A DNA stretch of 53,803 nucleotides from a virus (IMGVR_UViG_3300012943_000028:304642-358444); one strand, 5' to 3'; positions 1-6,110 are shown, counted from the stretch's first letter. Notes: a model not told the origin generated them from the letters alone. Numbers and translations: made by a program.

Positions 1-9
1 TTTGATACG

Positions 10-447
10 ATGGCGTCTTCCACAATGTGGTTCGTCAAGAACGTCAAGGTGAAACCGAAGCTGGTGTTCTCGCTGTTCCCATCCATGTACAGGCGCGACT
101 ACTGTGTAGAAACACCAAATGCACGTATGTGGGCGCCAGCGCTTAGCAAGACGAATGCTGACTGGCTTTTCGCTGACACGTATTTCGCGCAGCACCAGTG
201 CACTAGAAGCTTCAACACCATACAGGCGATGTACCTGCATTGGAACTGCCAGGCATTTCATTCTGCGTGGGAGCCGCATGCAGCTGAGCTCATGCGCAAG
301 ATCGGAGAAAACTATGTTCACTTCCCTGTTGGGAAGTCGGTGTACACGCCTCGAGCTAGAGATGATCTCCACCCTGGCGTTGGCGCACACGCTGATCTAT
401 GCGGTGCGTTCTGGAAAGTGGTAGAGCCTAAGCTTCACCTACTTTGA
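10..447 (+). CDS. hypothetical protein
   Basis: 145-aa ORF ending 2 nt before the first tRNA; no recognised motif; start may lie outside the window. Confidence 0.5.
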   Translation: MASSTMWFVKNVKVKPKLVFSLFPSMYRRDYCVETPNARMWAPALSKTNADWLFADTYFAQHQCTRSFNTIQAMYLHWNCQAFHSAWEPHAAELMRKIGENYVHFPVGKSVYTPRARDDLHPGVGAHADLCGAFWKVVEPKLHLL

Positions 448-449
448 AT

Positions 450-525
450 TGGAGCCCCCGGCAGGATTCGAACCCGCGACTTAGAAGGTAGAAGCTTCTC
501 ACTCTGTCCACTGAGTTACGGAGGC
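450..525 (-). tRNA. tRNA-Arg(TCT)
   Basis: cloverleaf; stem AGAAG/CTTCT, loop CT-TCT-AC; encoded CCA. Confidence 0.95.
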
Positions 526-533
526 ATTGAAAT

Positions 534-610
534 TGGGCTGTCATAGGGGAGTCGAACCACCACTTGCAGAGTCACGTATCTGCGGTGCTTCCATTACACT
601 ACCAAACAGC
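534..610 (-). tRNA. atypical His-like tRNA with 8-nt anticodon loop (TACGTGAC)
   Basis: G-1/C73-like ends, stem GCAGA/TCTGC, mismatches in acceptor and T stems, CCA. Confidence 0.7.
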
Positions 611-618
611 ACTGAAAC

Positions 619-694
619 TGGCGCCCAAGAGAGGAGTCGAACCTCCGACCCGCAAGGTAGGAACTTGCTGCTCTGTCCACTGAGCTACAAGGGC
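619..694 (-). tRNA. tRNA-Arg(CCT)
   Basis: stem GCAAG/CTTGC, loop TT-CCT-AC, CCA. Confidence 0.95.
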
Positions 695-706
695 AGTAAA
701 TACAAG

Positions 707-946
707 ATGGAATTTCTCATCTCTACAATCTGTGGGCTCATTGCGTTCGGCATCGTCATGTTCGCTTTCGTGCGTGCGATGAAGAACGCAGCCAAAATTG
801 AAGGTTGGCTTGAGAAGAAGGGCTTCACCATGCCTGATGGTCTGAGCTCATTCTTCTGGGTCTGCATCATGCCGATGATGTGTCTGTTCACCGTTGTCAG
901 CATCGCAAAGAAGTTCTTTGCGCTGATGAACTGGCTTACAGAGTAA
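707..946 (+). CDS. small membrane protein, antisense to the tRNA array
   Basis: MEFLISTICGLIAFGIVMFAF..., two hydrophobic segments; fills the gap between two tRNAs; TAAATA just upstream on + strand. Confidence 0.65.
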   Translation: MEFLISTICGLIAFGIVMFAFVRAMKNAAKIEGWLEKKGFTMPDGLSSFFWVCIMPMMCLFTVVSIAKKFFALMNWLTE

Positions 947-947
947 T

Positions 948-1023
948 TGGTGCACTCGGCCGGAGTCGAACCAGCGACACGCGGATTTTCAGTCCACTGC
1001 TCTACCAACTGAGCTACGAGTGC
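948..1023 (-). tRNA. tRNA-Phe(GAA)
   Basis: canonical cloverleaf, loop CT-GAA-AA, CCA. Confidence 0.95.
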
Positions 1024-1027
1024 ATAC

Positions 1028-1162
1028 GACAACAAAAGCGAAGATCGACGTTTAGACCGGGATTCGAACCCACCTCCATACTTCCCTCACGGTTTTCTGG
1101 CGTACTCCAATGTACTTGGCCCTTCAGTTTTTGGCGAAGATAATCAATCTACAACGGTTGTC
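1028..1162 (-). ncRNA. AACCG/TTATC element copy A (permuted form enclosing a degenerate tRNA-like segment)
   Basis: GACAACCG..TTGATTATC-[D-arm-like GTAC/GTAC and T-arm GGGTTCGAATCCC]-CTTTTGTTGTC. Confidence 0.75.
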
Positions 1163-1169
1163 TCAAAAG

Positions 1170-1244
1170 TGGTGCCGCCAGACGGTATCGAACCGACCTC
1201 TCAAGCTTTTCAGGCTAGCGCTAATCCATCTCAGCTACAGCGGC
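1170..1244 (-). tRNA. tRNA-Phe(GAA), second divergent copy
   Basis: loop CT-GAA-AA, acceptor GCCGCTG/TGGCGGC, CCA. Confidence 0.9.
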
Positions 1245-1276
1245 GTAAATACTTTACCTAACATAGGAACACCAGC

Positions 1277-1447
1277 ATGGCATTCCCATTCAACACGCAG
1301 TACATCAGGACTCTGAGACCACAGACAAATCATGACGTGACAGAGCAAAATCCTGGACACATTCGTGCCGAGCTTGACACAGATGTCAGAGAGCTTGCAA
1401 ACGATATGATGCAAGGCTCTGAGGTCTATGTCAAGCCAGTAGAATAG
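1277..1447 (+). CDS. 56-aa hypothetical protein (MAFPFNTQYIRTLRPQ...), antisense to the tRNA array
   Basis: translated manually; TAAATA at ~1247 and AGGA RBS upstream; fills the gap between two tRNAs. Confidence 0.55.
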   Translation: MAFPFNTQYIRTLRPQTNHDVTEQNPGHIRAELDTDVRELANDMMQGSEVYVKPVE

Positions 1448-1448
1448 T

Positions 1449-1524
1449 TGGCCTCCCAGGCGGGACTCGAACCCGCAACCAAAGCTTCGCAAGCTCTGAT
1501 GATATCCAGTTTCACTACCGAGAG
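1449..1524 (-). tRNA. tRNA-Arg(GCG)
   Basis: stem AGAGC/GCTTT, loop TT-GCG-AA, CCA. Confidence 0.9.
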
Positions 1525-1530
1525 AATTCG

Positions 1531-1764
1531 TTACTTGACGAAGTGGGGCTGGCCTTCTTTGACCTTCCACTTCAAGTGGATCCAACCCTTTGGGACGTAG
1601 TGTGATACGCCGTCGTTGTCAAACAGGCGGTGACCGCTTGTCGAAACGCTGAGCTGGAGTGGTTCCTTGATGGTGACCTCTTCGCCATTGGCAAAGCGGT
1701 ACGTGCGGAACTGTTCGGACGAGATGTCAACGAACACATTGCTAGACTGATTGTTGAAGGTCAT
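1531..1764 (-). CDS. hypothetical phage protein
   Basis: 77 aa, strong AAGGAG RBS. Confidence 0.8.
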   Translation of the reverse strand: MTFNNQSSNVFVDISSEQFRTYRFANGEEVTIKEPLQLSVSTSGHRLFDNDGVSHYVPKGWIHLKWKVKEGQPHFVK

Positions 1765-1850
1765 GATAATCTCCTTTGTGGATTAACGCACTCATCCTGA
1801 CATTGGTCAGGCGGTGCGGACAAAGGTATTTACCGTGCCCGTCAATCATT

Positions 1851-1924
1851 TGGCAGAGGATGAGGGAATCGAACCCCCGCTGGCGGTTTTGGAGACCGCA
1901 GCGCTACCACTACACCAATCCTCT
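1851..1924 (-). tRNA. tRNA-Trp(CCA)
   Basis: GCGGT-CTCCAAA-ACCGC, CCA. Confidence 0.95.
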
Positions 1925-1930
1925 ATTGTT

Positions 1931-2006
1931 TGGCTGCCTCGGCAGGGATCGAACCCGCGACCATCTCGTTAACAGCGAGCCGCTCTACCGACTGAGCTAC
2001 GAGGCA
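1931..2006 (-). tRNA. tRNA-Asn(GTT)
   Basis: loop CT-GTT-AA, U1-A72, G73, CCA. Confidence 0.95.
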
Positions 2007-2014
2007 ATTGAAAT

Positions 2015-2088
2015 TGGAGTCTCGTGAGGGAATCGAACCCCCGCCTGTAAGGTTGCAGCTTACCGTCATACCATTAGACTAACGAGAC
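2015..2088 (-). tRNA. tRNA-Cys(GCA)
   Basis: GTAAG-CTGCAAC-CTTAC, U73, CCA. Confidence 0.95.
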
Positions 2089-2615
2089 ATGCGTTTGTAT
2101 CTTGAAGTGAGCGCAGCGATATTTCGCTTATGCTCATTCCACACCGAATCTACTTGCTTGTCAAGCCACGCAACCTTGTGCGCGTCCTTCTTGATCGCTG
2201 GATATGAGTCAAGCACCGTAAGCGGTCGACTCACCTTCAACAGCGTATGCCATTTGTTGCCAAAGTTTTGAAAGCTCCTTGCAATTGCAAGTTCATGTGC
2301 TGCCTTCAGAGGGTGCGTGTCGTCATCATGCCATCTGCCGGCACCGACCTTCTTGAAGAGCTCTGCGTATTTACGAGACGTGTCATTGTGCAGCTTCACG
2401 TACTCTCTAGCGAGAGACTTTGCTTGAGCTCGTCCTAGCTTGCCGCTCTTTGGAGATGGCTGCAGTGCAGCTTCCTTCCTACGCTCTCGGCGCTTTTCAG
2501 CTGCTTCAGCATCCATCTGCTGTTGAGCTTCGAAGACAAGCCTACGGCTCTCTTCATACGCTCGCAGCCAGTCAAACTTCGGCTGCTCATCTCTCTTCTT
2601 GGTGAAGAGCTTCAT
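2079..2615 (-). CDS. hypothetical basic/coiled-coil protein
   Basis: 178-aa ORF coupled to the upstream ORF by an ATGA overlap. Confidence 0.75.
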   Translation of the reverse strand: MKLFTKKRDEQPKFDWLRAYEESRRLVFEAQQQMDAEAAEKRRERRKEAALQPSPKSGKLGRAQAKSLAREYVKLHNDTSRKYAELFKKVGAGRWHDDDTHPLKAAHELAIARSFQNFGNKWHTLLKVSRPLTVLDSYPAIKKDAHKVAWLDKQVDSVWNEHKRNIAALTSRYKRMSR

Positions 2616-2818
2616 TTCTGCGCAACCGTCCTCATGCCAACGATCGTGCCCGTCACGCCATTGCGGATGGTGATCGTCTGTTTGGTTGCCTTAGCTCCAT
2701 CCTTGACAACTGCGGCAGTATCTGCAGCGCTGTACAAGTTACGAACCTTGAGCGGTCTGCCCTTCACGACACCGGAAAGGTAAGACGAACCACGCACGAA
2801 GAGGTCATTGACTTTCAT
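2612..2818 (-). CDS. hypothetical protein (MKVNDLFVRG...)
   Basis: start trimmed to the ATG after the tRNA and a TAAATA motif. Confidence 0.6.
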   Translation of the reverse strand: MKVNDLFVRGSSYLSGVVKGRPLKVRNLYSAADTAAVVKDGAKATKQTITIRNGVTGTIVGMRTVAQK

Positions 2819-2830
2819 GCATGTATTTAG

Positions 2831-2908
2831 TGGCACCCCTGGCAGGATTTGAACCCACGACCTTCTCGTTCGTAGCGAGACATTCTGTCCGGACTGAACT
2901 ACAGGGGC
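2831..2908 (-). tRNA. tRNA-Arg(ACG)
   Basis: TCTCG-CTACGAA-CGAGA, CCA. Confidence 0.95.
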
Positions 2909-2991
2909 ATTGAATTGGCGTGAGGGATTTTCTCCCCTCACGGGATTAACGAAGCACTTCGGCTCTCGTGGAGCAAAGGTCGTGATCGTTT

Positions 2992-3070
2992 TGGCGGAAC
3001 GTACGGGATTCGAACCCGTGATCTCATCCGTGACAGGGATGCGCAGTAAGCCAGACTATGCTAACGCTCC
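2992..3070 (-). tRNA. tRNA-Asp(GTC)
   Basis: CATCC-CTGTCAC-GGATG, G73, CCA. Confidence 0.95.
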
Positions 3071-3075
3071 AGAAG

Positions 3076-3149
3076 TGGCGGACCATGCGGGACTCGAACC
3101 CGCTTCTTCACTTAGACAGAGTGAAATGTTACCCATCTACTAATGGTCC
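3076..3149 (-). tRNA. tRNA-Asp(GTC), divergent second copy
   Basis: TCACT-CTGTCTA-AGTGA, G73, CCA. Confidence 0.85.
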
Positions 3150-3156
3150 ATGAATT

Positions 3157-3230
3157 TGGCTGGGGGACTTGGATTCGAACCAAGGTTGACGGTGTCAGAG
3201 ACCGTAGTCCTTCCACTAGACGATCCCCCA
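3157..3230 (-). tRNA. tRNA-Gln(CTG)
   Basis: ACGGT-CTCTGAC-ACCGT, U1-A72, G73. Confidence 0.95.
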
Positions 3231-3309
3231 ATTGAAACGATTTGTGTAACGATCGTTGCGATGCTAAACAACTACTTATGCACCTAGCGAAACGATTGTT
3301 GTAACGATG

Positions 3310-3387
3310 TGGATCACCTGGCACGACTCGAACGTGCAGAACTTCTGGTTCAGAGCCAGAGGAGTCTACCAATTCCTCAACAGGTGA
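3310..3387 (-). tRNA. tRNA-Gln(CTG), U73 variant
   Basis: TCTGG-CTCTGAA-CCAGA; D-arm identical to the 3428 tRNA. Confidence 0.85.
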
Positions 3388-3427
3388 GCTGAAAGGGTGC
3401 CGCCGTCTTTCGACGGCGGGCTTAAGT

Positions 3428-3505
3428 TGGAACGCCAGGTAGGGCTCGAACCTACAAAACTTCGGGGTCAAAACCCGAGGAGTCTACCAATTCCTCAACT
3501 AGCGT
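3428..3505 (-). tRNA. tRNA-Gln(TTG), U73 variant
   Basis: TCGGG-TTTTGAC-CCCGA, CCA. Confidence 0.85.
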
Positions 3506-3510
3506 ATGGA

Positions 3511-3738
3511 TTATTTCGACTTGGTCTTGTCCTCAAGAGCGTCAACTCGAGCTTCGACTGATGTCAGTCTCGTTGCCGCCTCAATGCTGATCTGAGGAGC
3601 GCCGCGCGTGTTAATTGCCTTGTCAAGATTGTTGATGCGTTCCGATTGGGCTCCAACCCAAAATGCCATAGAAGCTACAGCAATGATGAGTGTAGAGTCG
3701 ATAACGATTCTGATTCCAGATTGCTTCATGGTAGCCAT
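3511..3738 (-). CDS. small membrane-anchored protein with C-terminal coiled coil
   Basis: N-terminal hydrophobic helix, AAGGAG RBS. Confidence 0.7.
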   Translation of the reverse strand: MATMKQSGIRIVIDSTLIIAVASMAFWVGAQSERINNLDKAINTRGAPQISIEAATRLTSVEARVDALEDKTKSK

Positions 3739-3820
3739 GTTGCATACTCCTTTCGTTAACGCCTGACACTCTCTGATGAGATAGGCTTGGAGTAGATTGG
3801 ATCAATCGTATTTACAGAAG

Positions 3821-3898
3821 TGGTGGCTACGGTCGGATTCGAACCGACGACTTTACACCTTATGAGAGTGCCGCAATTGTCCACTCTGCCACGTAGCC
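3821..3898 (-). tRNA. tRNA-Met(CAT), elongator type (Ile2 not excluded)
   Basis: acceptor GGCTACG, loop CT-CAT-AA, A73. Confidence 0.9.
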
Positions 3899-3987
3899 GT
3901 GAATTCCGTTGGTTCTATCATCCGCGGGTTACAGTACCAACAACCCTTACCGATTCGCGCATCGGTGCGATCGCCGCTGACTAATGC

Positions 3988-4061
3988 TGGTGCTTCTCAA
4001 AGGAATCGAACCTTTGTCCTCGCCGTGTGAAAGCGGCATTCTACCATTGAACTAGAGAAGC
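3988..4061 (-). tRNA. atypical Glu-like tRNA (4-bp stem, 8-nt loop CTTTCACA)
   Basis: perfect acceptor and T arms, GCCG/CGGC stem, CCA. Confidence 0.7.
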
Positions 4062-4066
4062 AAATT

Positions 4067-4141
4067 TGGTCCCCGTGGTAGGAATCGAACCCACAACATC
4101 CCGGTAATCGGCCAGGCGTTCTACCACTGAACTACACGGGG
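4067..4141 (-). tRNA. tRNA-Ile(GAT) with C33/T37
   Basis: CCTGG-CCGATTA-CCGGG, CCA. Confidence 0.75.
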
Positions 4142-4288
4142 GTAGAAAAGAACTGTCGCTTTGCTTCGAGGTACGAATGAATGAAGCGGCGGTAGTACAT
4201 GAGACCACGCGCGGTTCCATTTCTCTTCTTCGTGCCGATGATGAAGCGACGATAGGTGCGCATGATGTGCGCAGGGTCTGAGAACGTC

Positions 4289-4378
4289 TCAGGACCAAAG
4301 AATCTCCGAAGCGCTCGAGAGCGGCTTCAGCTCGATGGTCTTGGTGATTGGGTTGAACGTGTGGTACAACTTGCTCAT
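4289..4378 (-). CDS. 29-aa peptide (MSKLYHTFNPITKTIELKPL...)
   Basis: AAGGAG RBS 6 nt upstream of ATG; translated manually. Confidence 0.4.
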   Translation of the reverse strand: MSKLYHTFNPITKTIELKPLSSASEILWS

Positions 4379-4397
4379 GACGCTCTCCTTGAATGAT

Positions 4398-4477
4398 GAC
4401 AACAAAGGGTCTTGCGACCAGTGCGATTGACGGGGTGATCATTAACAGTGATAACCGTCGGTTGCGATTCGGTTGTC
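4398..4477 (-). ncRNA. AACCG/TTATC element copy D (permuted, short enclosed segment)
   Basis: GACAACCG..GGTTATC..CCTTTGTTGTC; begins 5 nt after a tRNA CCA. Confidence 0.7.
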
Positions 4478-4482
4478 AAACT

Positions 4483-4557
4483 TGGTGCACTCGGATGGAC
4501 TTTAACCACCGACCCCCACCACGTTAAGGTGGTACTCTTTCACTGAGCTACGAGTGC
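4483..4557 (-). tRNA. pseudo-tRNA sharing the acceptor stem of the 948 tRNA-Phe; 6-nt anticodon loop CTTAAC
   Basis: D-loop lacks GG, T-loop TTAAAGT, stems intact, CCA. Confidence 0.6.
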
Positions 4558-4563
4558 AGAAAT

Positions 4564-4638
4564 TGGCGCTCCATACGGGATTCGAACCCGTGTTACCAGC
4601 TTGAGAGGCTAGCGTCCTAACCACTAGACGAATGGAGC
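4564..4638 (-). tRNA. tRNA-Glu(CTC)
   Basis: CTAGC-CTCTCAA-GCTGG, G73. Confidence 0.95.
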
Positions 4639-4646
4639 ATAGAATT

Positions 4647-4732
4647 TGGTGGGGCAAGTTGGACTCGAACCAACATTTAAGACAACGCTTTCGCGATGAG
4701 CAGACCGTTCTCCCATTACGTCACATTGCCCC
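4647..4732 (-). tRNA. tRNA-like RNA with perfect acceptor/T arms but non-canonical D/anticodon region
   Basis: GGGGCAA/TTGCCCC-ACCA, GTTGG-TTCGAGT-CCAAC; no standard anticodon stem. Confidence 0.6.
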
Positions 4733-4740
4733 GTAGAAAT

Positions 4741-4871
4741 TGGTGGACACTGTGGGATTCGAACCCGACTCCGGTCTTTTCATAGAAGATAATCAACCAC
4801 AAGCCGGTTGGATTTCTCCAACGAAAAGTAGCAGTCGAGTTTTTCCGTGCTGTCCATTACACTAAGTGCCC
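4741..4871 (-). tRNA. interrupted tRNA (copy B): 55-nt insert at 4790-4844; predicted spliced anticodon ATG
   Basis: removing the insert gives GTCTT-CTATGAA-AAGAC; T stem has a bulge. Confidence 0.75.
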
Positions 4872-4892
4872 AAGAATTTGGTATCGAAAAAT

Positions 4893-4967
4893 TGGTAGGC
4901 CTGGAGAATTTCGAAATCTCGACCTTAGGGTTAAAAGCCCTCTGCTCTGCCTCTGAGCTACAGACCC
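4893..4967 (-). tRNA. tRNA-Lys(TTT)
   Basis: AGGG-CTTTTAA-CCCT, CCA. Confidence 0.93.
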
Positions 4968-4974
4968 GCTGAAT

Positions 4975-5103
4975 TGGCTGCGATGAGAGGAATCGAACCT
5001 CTGTCCACCCTCTTAGTAGGAGATAACCATCCACTGTCGGTTGCTTGCGCAACAAAAGGTGCAGACGATGTTTTTGGCGCTCTAACCACTGAGCTACATC
5101 GCA
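4975..5103 (-). tRNA. interrupted tRNA (copy C): 53-nt insert at 5024-5076; predicted spliced anticodon ACT
   Basis: removing the insert gives C(T/C)CTC-CTACTAA-GAGGG, 5-nt variable loop, perfect T and acceptor stems. Confidence 0.8.
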
Positions 5104-5112
5104 ATTGAATTT

Positions 5113-5188
5113 TGGTGGACCGCCAGGGACTCGAACCCTGAACCAACAGATTAAGAGTCTGCTGCTCTACCAATTGAGCTAGCGATCC
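5113..5188 (-). tRNA. tRNA-Lys(CTT)
   Basis: loop CT-CTT-AA, CCA. Confidence 0.95.
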
Positions 5189-5196
5189 AAGAATTT

Positions 5197-5287
5197 TGGC
5201 TCCGGTGAGAGGGATCGAACCTCCCGACAACTTTCGTTGTCTCGTCGTTAACAGCGACGCGGGCACCACCATTGGTCCGGCACCGGA
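5197..5287 (-). tRNA. tRNA-Asn(GTT) with long variable arm and atypical D-arm
   Basis: CGTCG-CTGTTAA-CGACG; extra arm GACAAC-GAAA-GTTGTC; G73. Confidence 0.8.
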
Positions 5288-5295
5288 ACAGAAAT

Positions 5296-5371
5296 TGGTG
5301 CGCGCAGTGGGATTCGAACCCACGTCAGCCTGGGTAAGAGCCAGGTATAATAGCCGCTATACGACACGCGC
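5296..5371 (-). tRNA. tRNA-Lys(CTT), divergent copy
   Basis: CCTGG-CTCTTAC-CCAGG, CCA. Confidence 0.9.
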
Positions 5372-5379
5372 ATTGAAGT

Positions 5380-5455
5380 TGGTAGACCGTACGGAGAATC
5401 GAACCCGCCTGACGAGGGTGAAAGCCTCGTGACCTCACCAGAAGTCGAACGGTCC
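5380..5455 (-). tRNA. tRNA-Glu(TTC)
   Basis: CGAGG-CTTTCAC-CCTCG, CCA. Confidence 0.9.
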
Positions 5456-5463
5456 ATAGAAAT

Positions 5464-5537
5464 TGGTGCTCACTGTGTGAATCGGACACACGTCTCAGCG
5501 TTACGAGGGCTGCATACTACCACTGTACTAAGCGAGC
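5464..5537 (-). tRNA. tRNA-Thr(CGT), atypical T-loop
   Basis: loop CT-CGT-AA, T-loop TCCGATT, CCA. Confidence 0.8.
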
Positions 5538-5646
5538 AAAGGGCAGTCTTTCGCATTCCTGCCATGCGGCTGACATTGCGGTCAGCGGGCTTTGAACTCC
5601 CTACACCTTGCTTAGGATGTGGTTGAATGAGCTCATCACCAATATT

Positions 5647-5722
5647 TGGGGTGTCGTACCAGAATCGAACTGGCGCTGTCACATTCACAGAGTGAGGTGC
5701 TAACCGCTACACTAACGACACC
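5647..5722 (-). tRNA. tRNA-His(GTG)
   Basis: loop CT-GTG-AA, G-1:C73. Confidence 0.93.
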
Positions 5723-5735
5723 ATTGAAAACTCTT

Positions 5736-5812
5736 TGGGGTGACCGATGGGACTTGAACCCATAAGGACCTGATTCACAGTCAGGGGCGTCTACCAATTC
5801 CGCCACGGCCAC
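5736..5812 (-). tRNA. tRNA-His(GTG), second copy
   Basis: CCTGA-CTGTGAA-TCAGG, G-1:C73. Confidence 0.95.
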
Positions 5813-5814
5813 AC

Positions 5815-6110
5815 TAAAGAACTCTCGAAGTAAAGATGAGGGGCGGCGTGGGAAAGCCCTGAACGGACTCCGCCGCCCCTCTGTTTTTGGTGCCTTTCGG
5901 CACCATACCAAAATCTTGCCTTTATCGCACTCGGCGGCTTGAAGACTACTCAGCCGTTTCATAGCGGTCCAGGTTTTGTTTCTTGGCAGATACCTTAATC
6001 TGCCCCCTAAACGAACTGAGGGTTCCGAAAGGAACCCTCAGTGTTTAGACTTTTTCTGTCTTGGAAGAAGTGGCTTTAGCCTTCCTTACTTCCTTCACTG
6101 AGGGTTACAT
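5815..6110 (-). ncRNA. unidentified structured non-coding region at the head of the tRNA array
   Basis: no credible ORF; hairpins GAGGGGCGGCG/CGCCGCCCCTC, GGTGCC/GGCACC and CTGAGGGTTCC/GGAACCCTCAG. Confidence 0.45.

Noticed and set aside
1235-1585. Minus-strand ORF 1235..1585 and other ORFs running through tRNAs (e.g. 685..1035, 4041..4442, 4780..5055, 4958..5323, 5636..5962)
   Set aside because: They are translations of tRNA sequence without RBS; the + strand 1277..1447 ORF has better promoter and RBS support.
3234-3309. Imperfect direct repeat AAACGATT(T)GT(T)GTAACGAT in a tRNA spacer
   Set aside because: Only two copies with no associated feature; too weak to call as an operator or repeat family.
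4790-4844. Inserts as group I, group II or BHB-type introns
   Set aside because: They are only 53-55 nt, have no terminal G or P7 core, no domain V/VI (the AACCG/UGGUU pairing encloses only 7-8 nt), and no bulge-helix-bulge at the junctions.
5545-5645. Hammerhead ribozyme-like GTGATGAG...GAAA spacer, and similar CTGAC/GTCAG hairpins at ~1795 and ~5570
   Set aside because: The CUGANGA core and three-way junction could not be assembled; only simple hairpins are supported.
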